Shown: one piece after another, positions 1-5,981 of the stretch
Layout: each line of letters begins with the position of its first letter
Numbering within the stretch: the first letter of the stretch is position 1
Origin: a virus
Direction: 5' to 3' (one strand)
Length of the DNA stretch: 10,457 bases
Virus genome (UHGV): UHGV-2079495
Program-made: the position numbers and the translations under genes
Notes under the pieces: generated by a model
What the model was told of the DNA's origin: nothing
The model's database searches: none
Seen by the model: the letters and a program-made list of their open reading frames with translations, nothing else

Positions 1-903
1 TTATGAAAGCATAGACCGTTTACCCTCCCTGGGTACGACGGAACAGGGGTCCTGATGGATAATCACATCCGATCCCGGAAAACGCCGTAAAATAGCCTGC
101 TCTACCTGATCCGCCACCATATGTGCCTGAACCAAAGGCAGAGAGTCTTCCATTTCCAAATGAATCTGAATAAAGCGGGTCGGCCCTGACTGCCGCGTGC
201 GAAGATCGTGAGCGCCGCTAACACCCGGCCAGGAAGTCACGATATCAATAATTTCTTGCCGTTCCTCATCAGGCAATGCGCGATCCAGTAATGACTGTAC
301 CGCCTCATATCCCATGCGTAACGCGCTATATAAAATATAGATGCCGATTCCCAATGCAAACAGAGCATCGGCGCGATGCCAGCCGTACCAGGACAACCCC
401 AGCGCCAGCAGAATTGCGCCGTTCATCATAACATCAGACTGGTAATGTAGCATATCAGCCCGCACCGCCTGGCTTTGCGTCCGGCGCACCACCCAACGCT
501 GAAACGAGACAAGGATAATCGTACAAATTAGCGCCACAATTGTCACGATAACCCCGACGCCTGGATCTGTCATCGGTGTTGGAGATATCAGATGTTGAAT
601 ACCCGTCAAAAACAGGAATAGTGCCGAACCGGAGATAAACATACTTTGCGCCAGCGCCGCGAGGGACTCTGCTTTACCGTGACCAAACGAGTGATTATCG
701 TCGGCAGGTTGCAGGGAATATCGCACCACCAGTAAATTCGTCAACGACGCGCCGATATCCACCAGCGAATCCACCAGCGCGGCGAGAATACTCACCGACC
801 CGGTATACCACCATGCAAAAATTTTAATCAGCAATAGCAACGAAGCCATCGCCGTCGCAGCAATCGCCGCCCGACTGACCAGCCGTCCATAAGATTGATT
901 CAT
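1..903 (-). CDS. fieF: Cation-diffusion-facilitator family ferrous-iron/zinc efflux transporter FieF (YiiP), complete; the window begins at its stop codon
   Basis: The 306-aa ORF translation contains, from the internal Met ([37 protein letters not shown]...), a 300-aa protein that I recognise as essentially full-length enterobacterial FieF/YiiP. It has multiple hydrophobic TM segments and a C-terminal cytoplasmic domain. Minus-strand SD GGGAG lies about 8 nt upstream of the ATG at 901-903. The ATG at 919-921 is an in-frame upstream alternative, judged less likely. Confidence 0.93.
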
Positions 904-929
904 AAATACTCCCGCTATCAACTGACGCT

Positions 930-959
930 AGTATAACGGAAGCAAATCATCTGCAATGC
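930..959 (-). promoter_or_regulatory. Candidate sigma70 promoter for fieF (minus-strand -10 TATACT at 935-930, weak -35 TTGCAG about 15 nt upstream)
   Basis: Read on the minus strand: ...TTGCAG-ATGATTTGCTTCCGT-TATACT-AGCGTCAG..., followed by the SD and the fieF ATG. Hexamer match judged by eye only; the spacer is short. Confidence 0.3.
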
Positions 960-984
960 ATTAAGCAGCAGGCAAATTGAGGAT

Positions 985-1011
985 AAAAAAAACCCCCACA
1001 TCATGTGGGGG
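985..1011 (-). terminator. Rho-independent terminator (minus strand): 8-bp GC-rich stem CCCCCACA/TGTGGGGG, 3-nt loop, then a U8 tract
   Basis: Plus strand reads AAAAAAAA-CCCCCACA-TCA-TGTGGGGG. On the minus strand this is a hairpin immediately followed by TTTTTTTT. Confidence 0.7.
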
Positions 1012-1102
1012 AAGACAGGGATGGTGAAGAAATCCGGCCAGTAACACAATGGAATAAAAGGATTTATTCTAATCTTCGTCTACATTTTGACTACACTTCG
1101 AC

Positions 1103-1128
1103 AAAAAAAGCCCCGTGCATTACGGGGC
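1103..1128 (-). terminator. Rho-independent terminator (minus strand) directly downstream of the cargo operon: 7-bp stem GCCCCGT/ACGGGGC, 5-nt loop, U7 tract
   Basis: Plus strand reads AAAAAAA-GCCCCGT-GCATT-ACGGGGC, beginning 12 nt beyond the stop codon (1140-1142 on the minus strand) of the secreted-protein gene. On the minus strand it is a hairpin followed by TTTTTTT. Confidence 0.75.
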
Positions 1129-1139
1129 TGCACACCGCA

Positions 1140-1772
1140 TTACTTCCATCCACACGCTTTTTGAAGTGGCTTCAATGCCTCAGACAGACCAGCAACATCA
1201 AATGTCGCGCTCACGGGACTTTCATTGTAAGGCGTGATCTGAGTAAACATTGAGTTAGCCTGGCTCAGCGCCTTGACGAACTCAATGACATTGCCACGAT
1301 AAAATACCGATTTGGTATCGCTAGATATGTCCCATGTTTTCGTTTTTGCCTTCTGTTTATCCAAGCGAGATAACATCTGTGTTTCGTTCAACCCAAGATA
1401 GGTATCCCAATTGAGGAAAAGTTCTGTTTTTTTCTCGCGGCAAGTGATGTAAAGACTTGGTGTGATCGATTCCCCAAACTGTGACCGGAAAGAATCATTA
1501 GCAGAAAGGCTAATATAAACATTCTCTGAATCATCCACGGGTGAAGTTTTCGTGGATACCTGCCATTTTCCAACACCTACCACTGGCTTAGCCTCTTCGG
1601 CTACTTTCGGTGGAAGAACCTTATCGTAACAAGCTAAACGCGCATCACTTTTTGCCTCGGATTGGCATTTCATTAATGCGTCATTGTTAATATCGGCTTT
1701 AACTGGTTCTACCGCATACGCTGTTGATACAGCAGAAGAGCAAAGCGCCATAGCAATGATTATCTTTTTCAT
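1140..1772 (-). CDS. Secreted/periplasmic protein of unknown function with a Sec signal peptide and four Cys; carries a CYD motif. Family assignment (possibly VasI-like/DUF) is unverified
   Basis: ORF 1140..1787. The N-terminus MKKIIIAMALCSSAVSTAYA-VEP is a classical signal peptide with an AYA SPase I site. The preferred start is the ATG at 1772-1770, with AAGG about 8 nt upstream. The alternative ATG at 1787-1785 overlaps the upstream gene's stop as ATGA. The mature part is hydrophilic with Cys in MKCQSE, RLACYD, ITCREKK and KACGWK. A few hand-counted 60-nt lines give roughly 40-45% G+C. Confidence 0.7.
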   Translation of the reverse strand: MKKIIIAMALCSSAVSTAYAVEPVKADINNDALMKCQSEAKSDARLACYDKVLPPKVAEEAKPVVGVGKWQVSTKTSPVDDSENVYISLSANDSFRSQFGESITPSLYITCREKKTELFLNWDTYLGLNETQMLSRLDKQKAKTKTWDISSDTKSVFYRGNVIEFVKALSQANSMFTQITPYNESPVSATFDVAGLSEALKPLQKACGWK

Positions 1773-1783
1773 ACCATTACCTT

Positions 1784-2116
1784 TCATGATTTCGGGCGAG
1801 TAAAGAAAACAAACATTCCGATAATGATATCGCCAATAACCCAGATGGTTCCCAGCATCATCATCCCCAGCCCCGTACCAATTGCGGCTCCGGCCCGTTC
1901 TGCGTCTGAGGCTGCGTTATTGATAACGTCACTACTGCCGCCAGCCCCGGCAAAAATGCAATAGATCATAAAGATGTTAAACAGGATAAAAATCCATTTA
2001 ACGATCTTGCCAAATAATGAGCGCTTCGGCTTTCTGACCTGATGGCCGCAAGACGGGCATTTAAACGCTGAATCACTAATTTCTTTACTGCATTCCGGGC
2101 AGTTTACTAATGCCAT
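1784..2116 (-). CDS. Small zinc-ribbon membrane protein (N-terminal CPxC...CPxCG zinc ribbon, two predicted TM helices), unknown function
   Basis: ORF 1784..2137. Motif ...VNCPECSKEISDSAFKCPSCGHQ... is followed by hydrophobic stretches IVKWIFILFNIFMIYCIFAGAG and AAIGTGLGMMMLGTIWVIGDIIIGMFVFF. Preferred start is the ATG at 2116-2114 (MALVNCPEC), with GGAG/AGGA upstream; ATGs at 2137 and 2131 are alternatives. The stop overlaps the start of the downstream gene (ATGA), suggesting translational coupling. Confidence 0.65.
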   Translation of the reverse strand: MALVNCPECSKEISDSAFKCPSCGHQVRKPKRSLFGKIVKWIFILFNIFMIYCIFAGAGGSSDVINNAASDAERAGAAIGTGLGMMMLGTIWVIGDIIIGMFVFFTRPKS

Positions 2117-2180
2117 TTTCCTAGACTCCATAGACATGGTTACATAACCGCCATAAAGCCTATCAGTTGATTTTGTTTGA

Positions 2181-2215
2181 ATAAATAAAAATTAACCCGC
2201 CATATAGGCGGGTTA
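2181..2215 (-). terminator. Rho-independent terminator downstream of ogr (minus strand): 9-bp stem TAACCCGCC/GGCGGGTTA followed by a U-rich tract
   Basis: Plus strand 2193-2215 is TAACCCGCC-ATATA-GGCGGGTTA, flanked by A/T-rich sequence on both sides, so it could act bidirectionally. It lies immediately 3' of the ogr stop (2218-2220) on the minus strand, followed by AATTTTTATTTATT. Confidence 0.65.
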
Positions 2216-2217
2216 TT

Positions 2218-2460
2218 TTAGAGTGCCAGCGATAACTGATCTTCGCCGTGGTGACTTCGTGGAAAAGCTTCTTGTGGCACCATCGCGCCGGGCACTGGCT
2301 GGGTCTGATTTAGTGAACCGTCTATTTCCGTCATGCTGGTGAAACAGTACCCGCACAACATATTTTGACACTGGTGATAGCTGCGCCGTACAAGCAAACT
2401 CAGCTCAACGCTGGTTCTGGTTTTTGCTATTGCACGGCAGCGAGGACAGCGCATTGCCAT
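2218..2460 (-). CDS. ogr: P2 Ogr/Delta-family zinc-finger late-gene transcriptional activator
   Basis: 80-aa ORF MAMRCPRCRAIAKTRTSVELSLLVRRSYHQCQNMLCGYCF... has the Cys arrangement C-x2-C...C-x4-C and the RYHQCQN-like core I recall from P2 Ogr (about 72 aa). Strong SD AGGAGG lies 7 nt upstream of the ATG at 2460. It sits immediately downstream of gpD, as in P2. Confidence 0.85.
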   Translation of the reverse strand: MAMRCPRCRAIAKTRTSVELSLLVRRSYHQCQNMLCGYCFTSMTEIDGSLNQTQPVPGAMVPQEAFPRSHHGEDQLSLAL

Positions 2461-2498
2461 ACGCGGGCCTCCTTTCAGGACTGGTTAATATCAACGCA

Positions 2499-2527
2499 AG
2501 TATAACGCTTAAGACGTTGAATCGTCA
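2499..2527 (-). promoter_or_regulatory. Candidate sigma70 promoter for ogr (minus strand: TGACGA-N17-TATACT), overlapping the 3' end of D
   Basis: Minus-strand -10 TATACT at 2504-2499 and -35-like TGACGA at 2527-2522 with a 17-nt spacer, about 40 nt upstream of the ogr ATG. Judged by eye. Confidence 0.35.
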
Positions 2528-3627
2528 CTCTCCGCTGTCCAGTCGTCGATTTTTACTTCCAGTTCCAGCGACGTGGTAAACCCTCCCCCGCCAATATCGT
2601 GAACGCACCGCGTTATCGTCCAGTTCCCACTGTCGATCGTGGACTTAAAGCCGTAGACGCTGGCGGGCTGTTCCGGGTACAAATCTGCGCGGCCACGCGC
2701 TAGGGTGATGCTGAACGTCGCCGCCCCACGCTGCAACTCTCGCCACTTAGCCGCAGCGGCACGCTTCGCCGCCTTTTCCGTCTTGAAAGTTTTACGGATA
2801 ACAAAAACGTTACCTTCGGCCCCGGCCAGATAATCCCCTTCTTTTTTGCTTGATGCAGGTTCTTTCTTTTTGGCCTGGCTGGTGCGTCGCCTGCGGGTGG
2901 TTTTCTTCACGGTAGTGGATGGCTTTTTGCCAAAGTTGAGATCAAGCCAGTATGCAGTTACGCCCGTGTACGCGTCGCGGTCAGCTACGTTAAACCTATG
3001 TTTATCACCGCTTGACCGGACGATCTCGATCACTGGCAACGGCTTGCCGCTTTGCGTTACTCCCTTGCCCGGCGTGATAAACAGAAGCATACCGTTTTTA
3101 ATGGTTGCCACCGCGCCCAGCATTTCGGCCATACGCGTTAAGAAGCTGATATCTGATTCACTCGTCTGATCGGCGTGGTCTATCTCAATCTTCGCCAGTT
3201 CTTCGCTGACACCCGCACGCAGATCGTAGCGGCTGGCAATGCTGGCGACCACATCCCCCACGGTAATATCGTGCCAGCTATATTCCCGCTTCACGTTGAA
3301 GGTATCGCGGAAATCTGCGCTTCTGGCACTGATCGTTAGCTGGTCAGGCGGGCCAGCGTGTCCGATCTCGTCAACCGTATACACGCCCTTAAAAACCAAT
3401 GGATCATTATCCCAGCCCAGCGCCACCGATATCTTTGCGCCGCGTGATGGTAATGCTACCTGCCCGTCTGCATCATCCAGAGTCAGATCCAGTGTGTCCG
3501 CTTCGAAGCCCCGGTTATCTGTCAGGGAAAGGGAGATCAGCCGGTTATCCAGCGCCGTAAGCTGCTTACCTTCAATCTCAATACTGAACGCCGGGCGCGG
3601 CGAATATCGGTTTTCTGTCGTGTCCAT
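2509..3627 (-). CDS. D: P2 gpD-family tail protein (phage late control gene D protein)
   Basis: 372-aa ORF. Size (P2 gpD is about 387 aa) and position adjacent to ogr match, and the sequence character (MDTTENRYSPRPAFSIEIEGK..., C-terminal GGGGFTTSLELEV) fits the late-control-D family as I recall it. SD GAAGGGG lies upstream of the ATG at 3627. Confidence 0.88.
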   Translation of the reverse strand: MDTTENRYSPRPAFSIEIEGKQLTALDNRLISLSLTDNRGFEADTLDLTLDDADGQVALPSRGAKISVALGWDNDPLVFKGVYTVDEIGHAGPPDQLTISARSADFRDTFNVKREYSWHDITVGDVVASIASRYDLRAGVSEELAKIEIDHADQTSESDISFLTRMAEMLGAVATIKNGMLLFITPGKGVTQSGKPLPVIEIVRSSGDKHRFNVADRDAYTGVTAYWLDLNFGKKPSTTVKKTTRRRRTSQAKKKEPASSKKEGDYLAGAEGNVFVIRKTFKTEKAAKRAAAAKWRELQRGAATFSITLARGRADLYPEQPASVYGFKSTIDSGNWTITRCVHDIGGGGFTTSLELEVKIDDWTAESDDSTS

Positions 3628-3694
3628 ATCAACCCCTTCATCATGATGGGGTACATCGTCGCCACGCGCGCGCGCATGAACAACGCCCCGTCAT

Positions 3695-3762
3695 TGTTGC
3701 AGGTTGCTGACAACCCTTATTCATCGCATCGGCCTGCCATTGCCGCAATGATATTCGCAGTC
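3695..3762 (+). promoter_or_regulatory. Candidate Ogr-dependent late promoter (PF-like): TGT-N12-ACA dyad at 3695-3712 plus a -10-like GATATT at 3750-3755
   Basis: Sequence TGT-TGCAGGTTGCTG-ACA (extended TTGT...ACAA), centred at about 3703.5. That is about 55-60 bp upstream of a transcription start predicted from the -10-like hexamer, matching the architecture of P2 late promoters (TGT-N12-ACA centred near -55). It is followed by SD GAGG and the FI ATG at 3785. Confidence 0.55.
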
Positions 3763-3784
3763 ATTAAACTGGCGAGGCAAATAC

Positions 3785-4978
3785 ATGGCCACTAACTACC
3801 ATCACGGTGTAACCGTCACGGAAACCACCGACCTTAGCACGATGATCACCGACATTGATTCTGCGGTGATCGGCGTTGTCTGCACCGCTGATGATGCGGA
3901 CGAAACAGCGTTCCCGCTGGATACCCCTGTACTGATCACCCGCGTGGCTAACATGCTGGGCAAGGCAGGTAAAACCGGCACCCTGTTTACCACCCTGAAA
4001 GCGATTTCAGACCAGACCAGCCCGCAAACCATTGTGATCCGCGTTGCTGATGCTGCAAATATCGAACCGCCAGAAGGCGGCACCGCACAGACACAGGATC
4101 AACTGGTTATTGGCGGCACCGATGCAAACGGACGCTTTACCGGCATGTACGCGCTGCTGTCTGCCGAAATGCGCGTAGGCGTGCGCCCACGTGTGCTGGC
4201 TGTTCCCGGTCTTGATACGGAAGCGGTGGCCGCACAACTCGGCGTCATTGCCGAAAAGCTGCGCGCGTTTGCTTACGTGGCAGCGAACGGCTGCAACACT
4301 ATCGCCGAAGTGAAGGAATACCGCGAACAGTTCTCCCAGCGTGAAATGATGGTTATCTGGCCTAATTTCATCTGCTACGACACCAACGCCGGGGCGAATG
4401 CCACCGTGCCCGTGGGTGCCCATGCGGTTGGGATGCGCGCCAAAATCGACGCAACGCAGGGCTGGCATAAAACCATTTCCAACGTGCCCGTTAATAACGT
4501 GCTGGGGATGGATCGGGATATCTATTTCACGTTGCAGGGCACCGATACCGACGCCGACGAACTGAACGCAGCAGGCGTTACCACGCTGATCAAGCAGGAC
4601 GGCTACCGCATCTGGGGATCGCGTACCTGCGACGCGGAAACGTATATCTTCGAAAGCTATACCCGAACCGCGCAGATCGTTGCGGATACCGTCGCCGAAG
4701 CCCATTTCGCCTATGTTGATAAACCGCTTACCCCGTCGCTGGTAAAGGACATTGTGGACGGCATCAATAAGAAGCTGACCTCATATGTGACGGCTGGCAA
4801 GCTGCTGGGCGCCCGCTGCTGGTATGACCCGGAACCGAATACCTCGGAAACCCTGCGCAATGGTCAACTGACCATTAAGTACAACTACACCCCTGTTCCA
4901 CCGCTGGAAAATCTCAGCCTGGTACAGGAGTTCACCGACGAATATTTCGCTACGTTTTCCAGCGCAGTGAATAACTAA
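3785..4978 (+). CDS. FI: P2 gpFI-family contractile tail sheath protein
   Basis: 397 aa (P2 FI is about 396 aa). N-terminus MATNYHHGVTVTE... and overall sequence recognised as the myovirus P2-type sheath. Followed at a 12-nt spacing by the tube gene. Confidence 0.93.
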   Translation: MATNYHHGVTVTETTDLSTMITDIDSAVIGVVCTADDADETAFPLDTPVLITRVANMLGKAGKTGTLFTTLKAISDQTSPQTIVIRVADAANIEPPEGGTAQTQDQLVIGGTDANGRFTGMYALLSAEMRVGVRPRVLAVPGLDTEAVAAQLGVIAEKLRAFAYVAANGCNTIAEVKEYREQFSQREMMVIWPNFICYDTNAGANATVPVGAHAVGMRAKIDATQGWHKTISNVPVNNVLGMDRDIYFTLQGTDTDADELNAAGVTTLIKQDGYRIWGSRTCDAETYIFESYTRTAQIVADTVAEAHFAYVDKPLTPSLVKDIVDGINKKLTSYVTAGKLLGARCWYDPEPNTSETLRNGQLTIKYNYTPVPPLENLSLVQEFTDEYFATFSSAVNN

Positions 4979-4990
4979 CCGGGGGCGCTT

Positions 4991-5506
4991 ATGGCACTGC
5001 CTAAGAAACTCAAATATTTCAATATGTTCTTTGACGGGGATAACTACTTCGGCATGGTGCCGGAAATCACCCCCGCCAAACTCACCAAAAAAACCGAAGA
5101 CTACCAGGCGGGCGGTATGCCGGGTTCAGTTGCGGTGGATCTGGGCTTCGACGCTGGCGCCCTGGATATGGATATTACGCTGGGCGGCATGGATGCCGGG
5201 CTAATGAAAAAATGGGGCGTTACCACTGCGGACGGAATGCAGGTGCGCTTTGCTGGCTCTTACCAGGACGATGCGACCGGCGACGCCGTACCGTGCGAAA
5301 TCCAGACGCGTGGCCGCTTCACTGAACTGGATCCCGGTTCGGCAAAGGTTGGGGATGATACTTCGCATAAGTACACCCTGAAAAATACCTATTACAAGCT
5401 GACCATCAATAGCGAAGAAATTATCGAAATTGATGTGCTCAACATGATCTACAAAGTTGCCGGTGTGGATGTGCTGGAAAAACACCGCGCTAACATCGGC
5501 TTATAA
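4991..5506 (+). CDS. FII: P2 gpFII-family tail tube protein
   Basis: 171 aa (P2 FII is about 172 aa). Conserved position between sheath and E. N-terminus MALPKKLKYFNMFFDG... is typical of P2-like tube proteins. SD GGGGG upstream. Confidence 0.9.
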   Translation: MALPKKLKYFNMFFDGDNYFGMVPEITPAKLTKKTEDYQAGGMPGSVAVDLGFDAGALDMDITLGGMDAGLMKKWGVTTADGMQVRFAGSYQDDATGDAVPCEIQTRGRFTELDPGSAKVGDDTSHKYTLKNTYYKLTINSEEIIEIDVLNMIYKVAGVDVLEKHRANIGL

Positions 5507-5520
5507 GGAAACCCGGCACC

Positions 5521-5856
5521 ATGAGCAAGACCAAAGAAAACACCGTTATTCTTACCGCCCCTATTACGCGCGGTAAGACCAAAATCACCGAAGTGGCGAT
5601 CACTTCCGTGCTTAAACAGGCTGGATCACTGCGCGGCTTAAAAGCCTATGACGTGCTGACGTCCAACTATGACGCGCTGGTTATTCTGCTGCCCCGCGTT
5701 ACCGCTCCGGCATTAACCGCCGATGAGATTGCCCGAATGGATACCTGGGATTTTTGCCAGTTAGCCAACGCGGTGGTTGATTTTTTGCAACCCTCTTCGG
5801 ATCTGACCGCGACGGATACGGGCAACGAATCATCCGATGCCCCTGCGAACGCATAG
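5521..5856 (+). CDS. E: P2 gpE-family tail assembly chaperone (zero-frame product)
   Basis: 111-aa ORF immediately after FII and before the tape measure. Contains the TTTTTTG slippery heptamer near its 3' end. SD AAGGAAAC upstream. Confidence 0.85.
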   Translation: MSKTKENTVILTAPITRGKTKITEVAITSVLKQAGSLRGLKAYDVLTSNYDALVILLPRVTAPALTADEIARMDTWDFCQLANAVVDFLQPSSDLTATDTGNESSDAPANA

Positions 5857-5981
5857 AAGACCTGATGGCAGATATCGCCGTCATATTCCACTGGCGGCCG
5901 GTAGAGATGGACGCCATGACGGTACAGGAAATACTGTTATGGCGTGATCAGGCGGCTGCGCGCAGTGGTGGAGATCACTAA
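5521..5981 (+). CDS. E': gpE+E' tail assembly chaperone fusion made by a programmed -1 ribosomal frameshift at 5781-5787
   Basis: After a -1 slip on T-TTT-TTG (zero-frame codons GAT TTT TTG at 5779-5787), my hand translation from 5787 reads ATLFGSDRDGYGQRIIRCPCERIEDLMADIAVIFHWRPVEMDAMTVQEILLWRDQAAARSGGDH. This open frame stops at TAA 5979-5981, which directly abuts the tape-measure ATG at 5982, the same arrangement as P2 E/E'/T. Confidence 0.7.
5781..5787 (+). promoter_or_regulatory. Programmed -1 frameshift slippery heptamer TTTTTTG (X XXY YYZ in the E frame)
   Basis: Exact heptamer in the correct phase (T-TTT-TTG) relative to the E reading frame. The -1 frame is open for 64 codons and ends exactly at the T start. 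Confidence 0.7.

Noticed and set aside
1005-1253. 82-aa plus-strand ORF spanning the terminator region and the 3' end of the secreted-protein gene
   Set aside because: It runs through two terminator hairpins and overlaps the better-supported minus-strand gene; most likely spurious.
2138-2180. Search for a dedicated sigma70 promoter for the cargo operon between the ogr terminator and the cargo start
   Set aside because: Only weak hexamers were seen (for example TTCAAA-N17-CTTTAT on the minus strand), so no promoter is called. The operon may have a non-canonical promoter or be expressed by read-through; this needs transcript mapping.
2846-3646. Plus-strand ORFs 2846-3169 and 3239-3646 opposite gpD
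   Set aside because: Antisense to the gpD CDS with no recognisable RBS or homology; considered frame artefacts.
3736-3751. GCCATTGCC motif shared between the D/FI intergenic region (3738-3746) and the U-downstream hairpin (9621-9629), considered as possible inversion-breakpoint repeats
   Set aside because: The copies are direct, not inverted, only 9 bp long, and in one case just part of a local hairpin. This is insufficient to call a recombination repeat without comparative data.
4007-4705. 232-aa minus-strand ORF (and 3802-4083) antisense to the tail sheath gene
   Set aside because: Fully embedded antisense in FI, with His/Gly/Arg-rich translations characteristic of a non-coding frame. The sheath call explains the region.
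5201-5917. Minus-strand ORFs 5201-5485, 5667-5891 and 5699-5917 opposite FII and E/E'
   Set aside because: Antisense to conserved tail genes and to the E' extension frame. The programmed-frameshift model accounts for coding capacity here.
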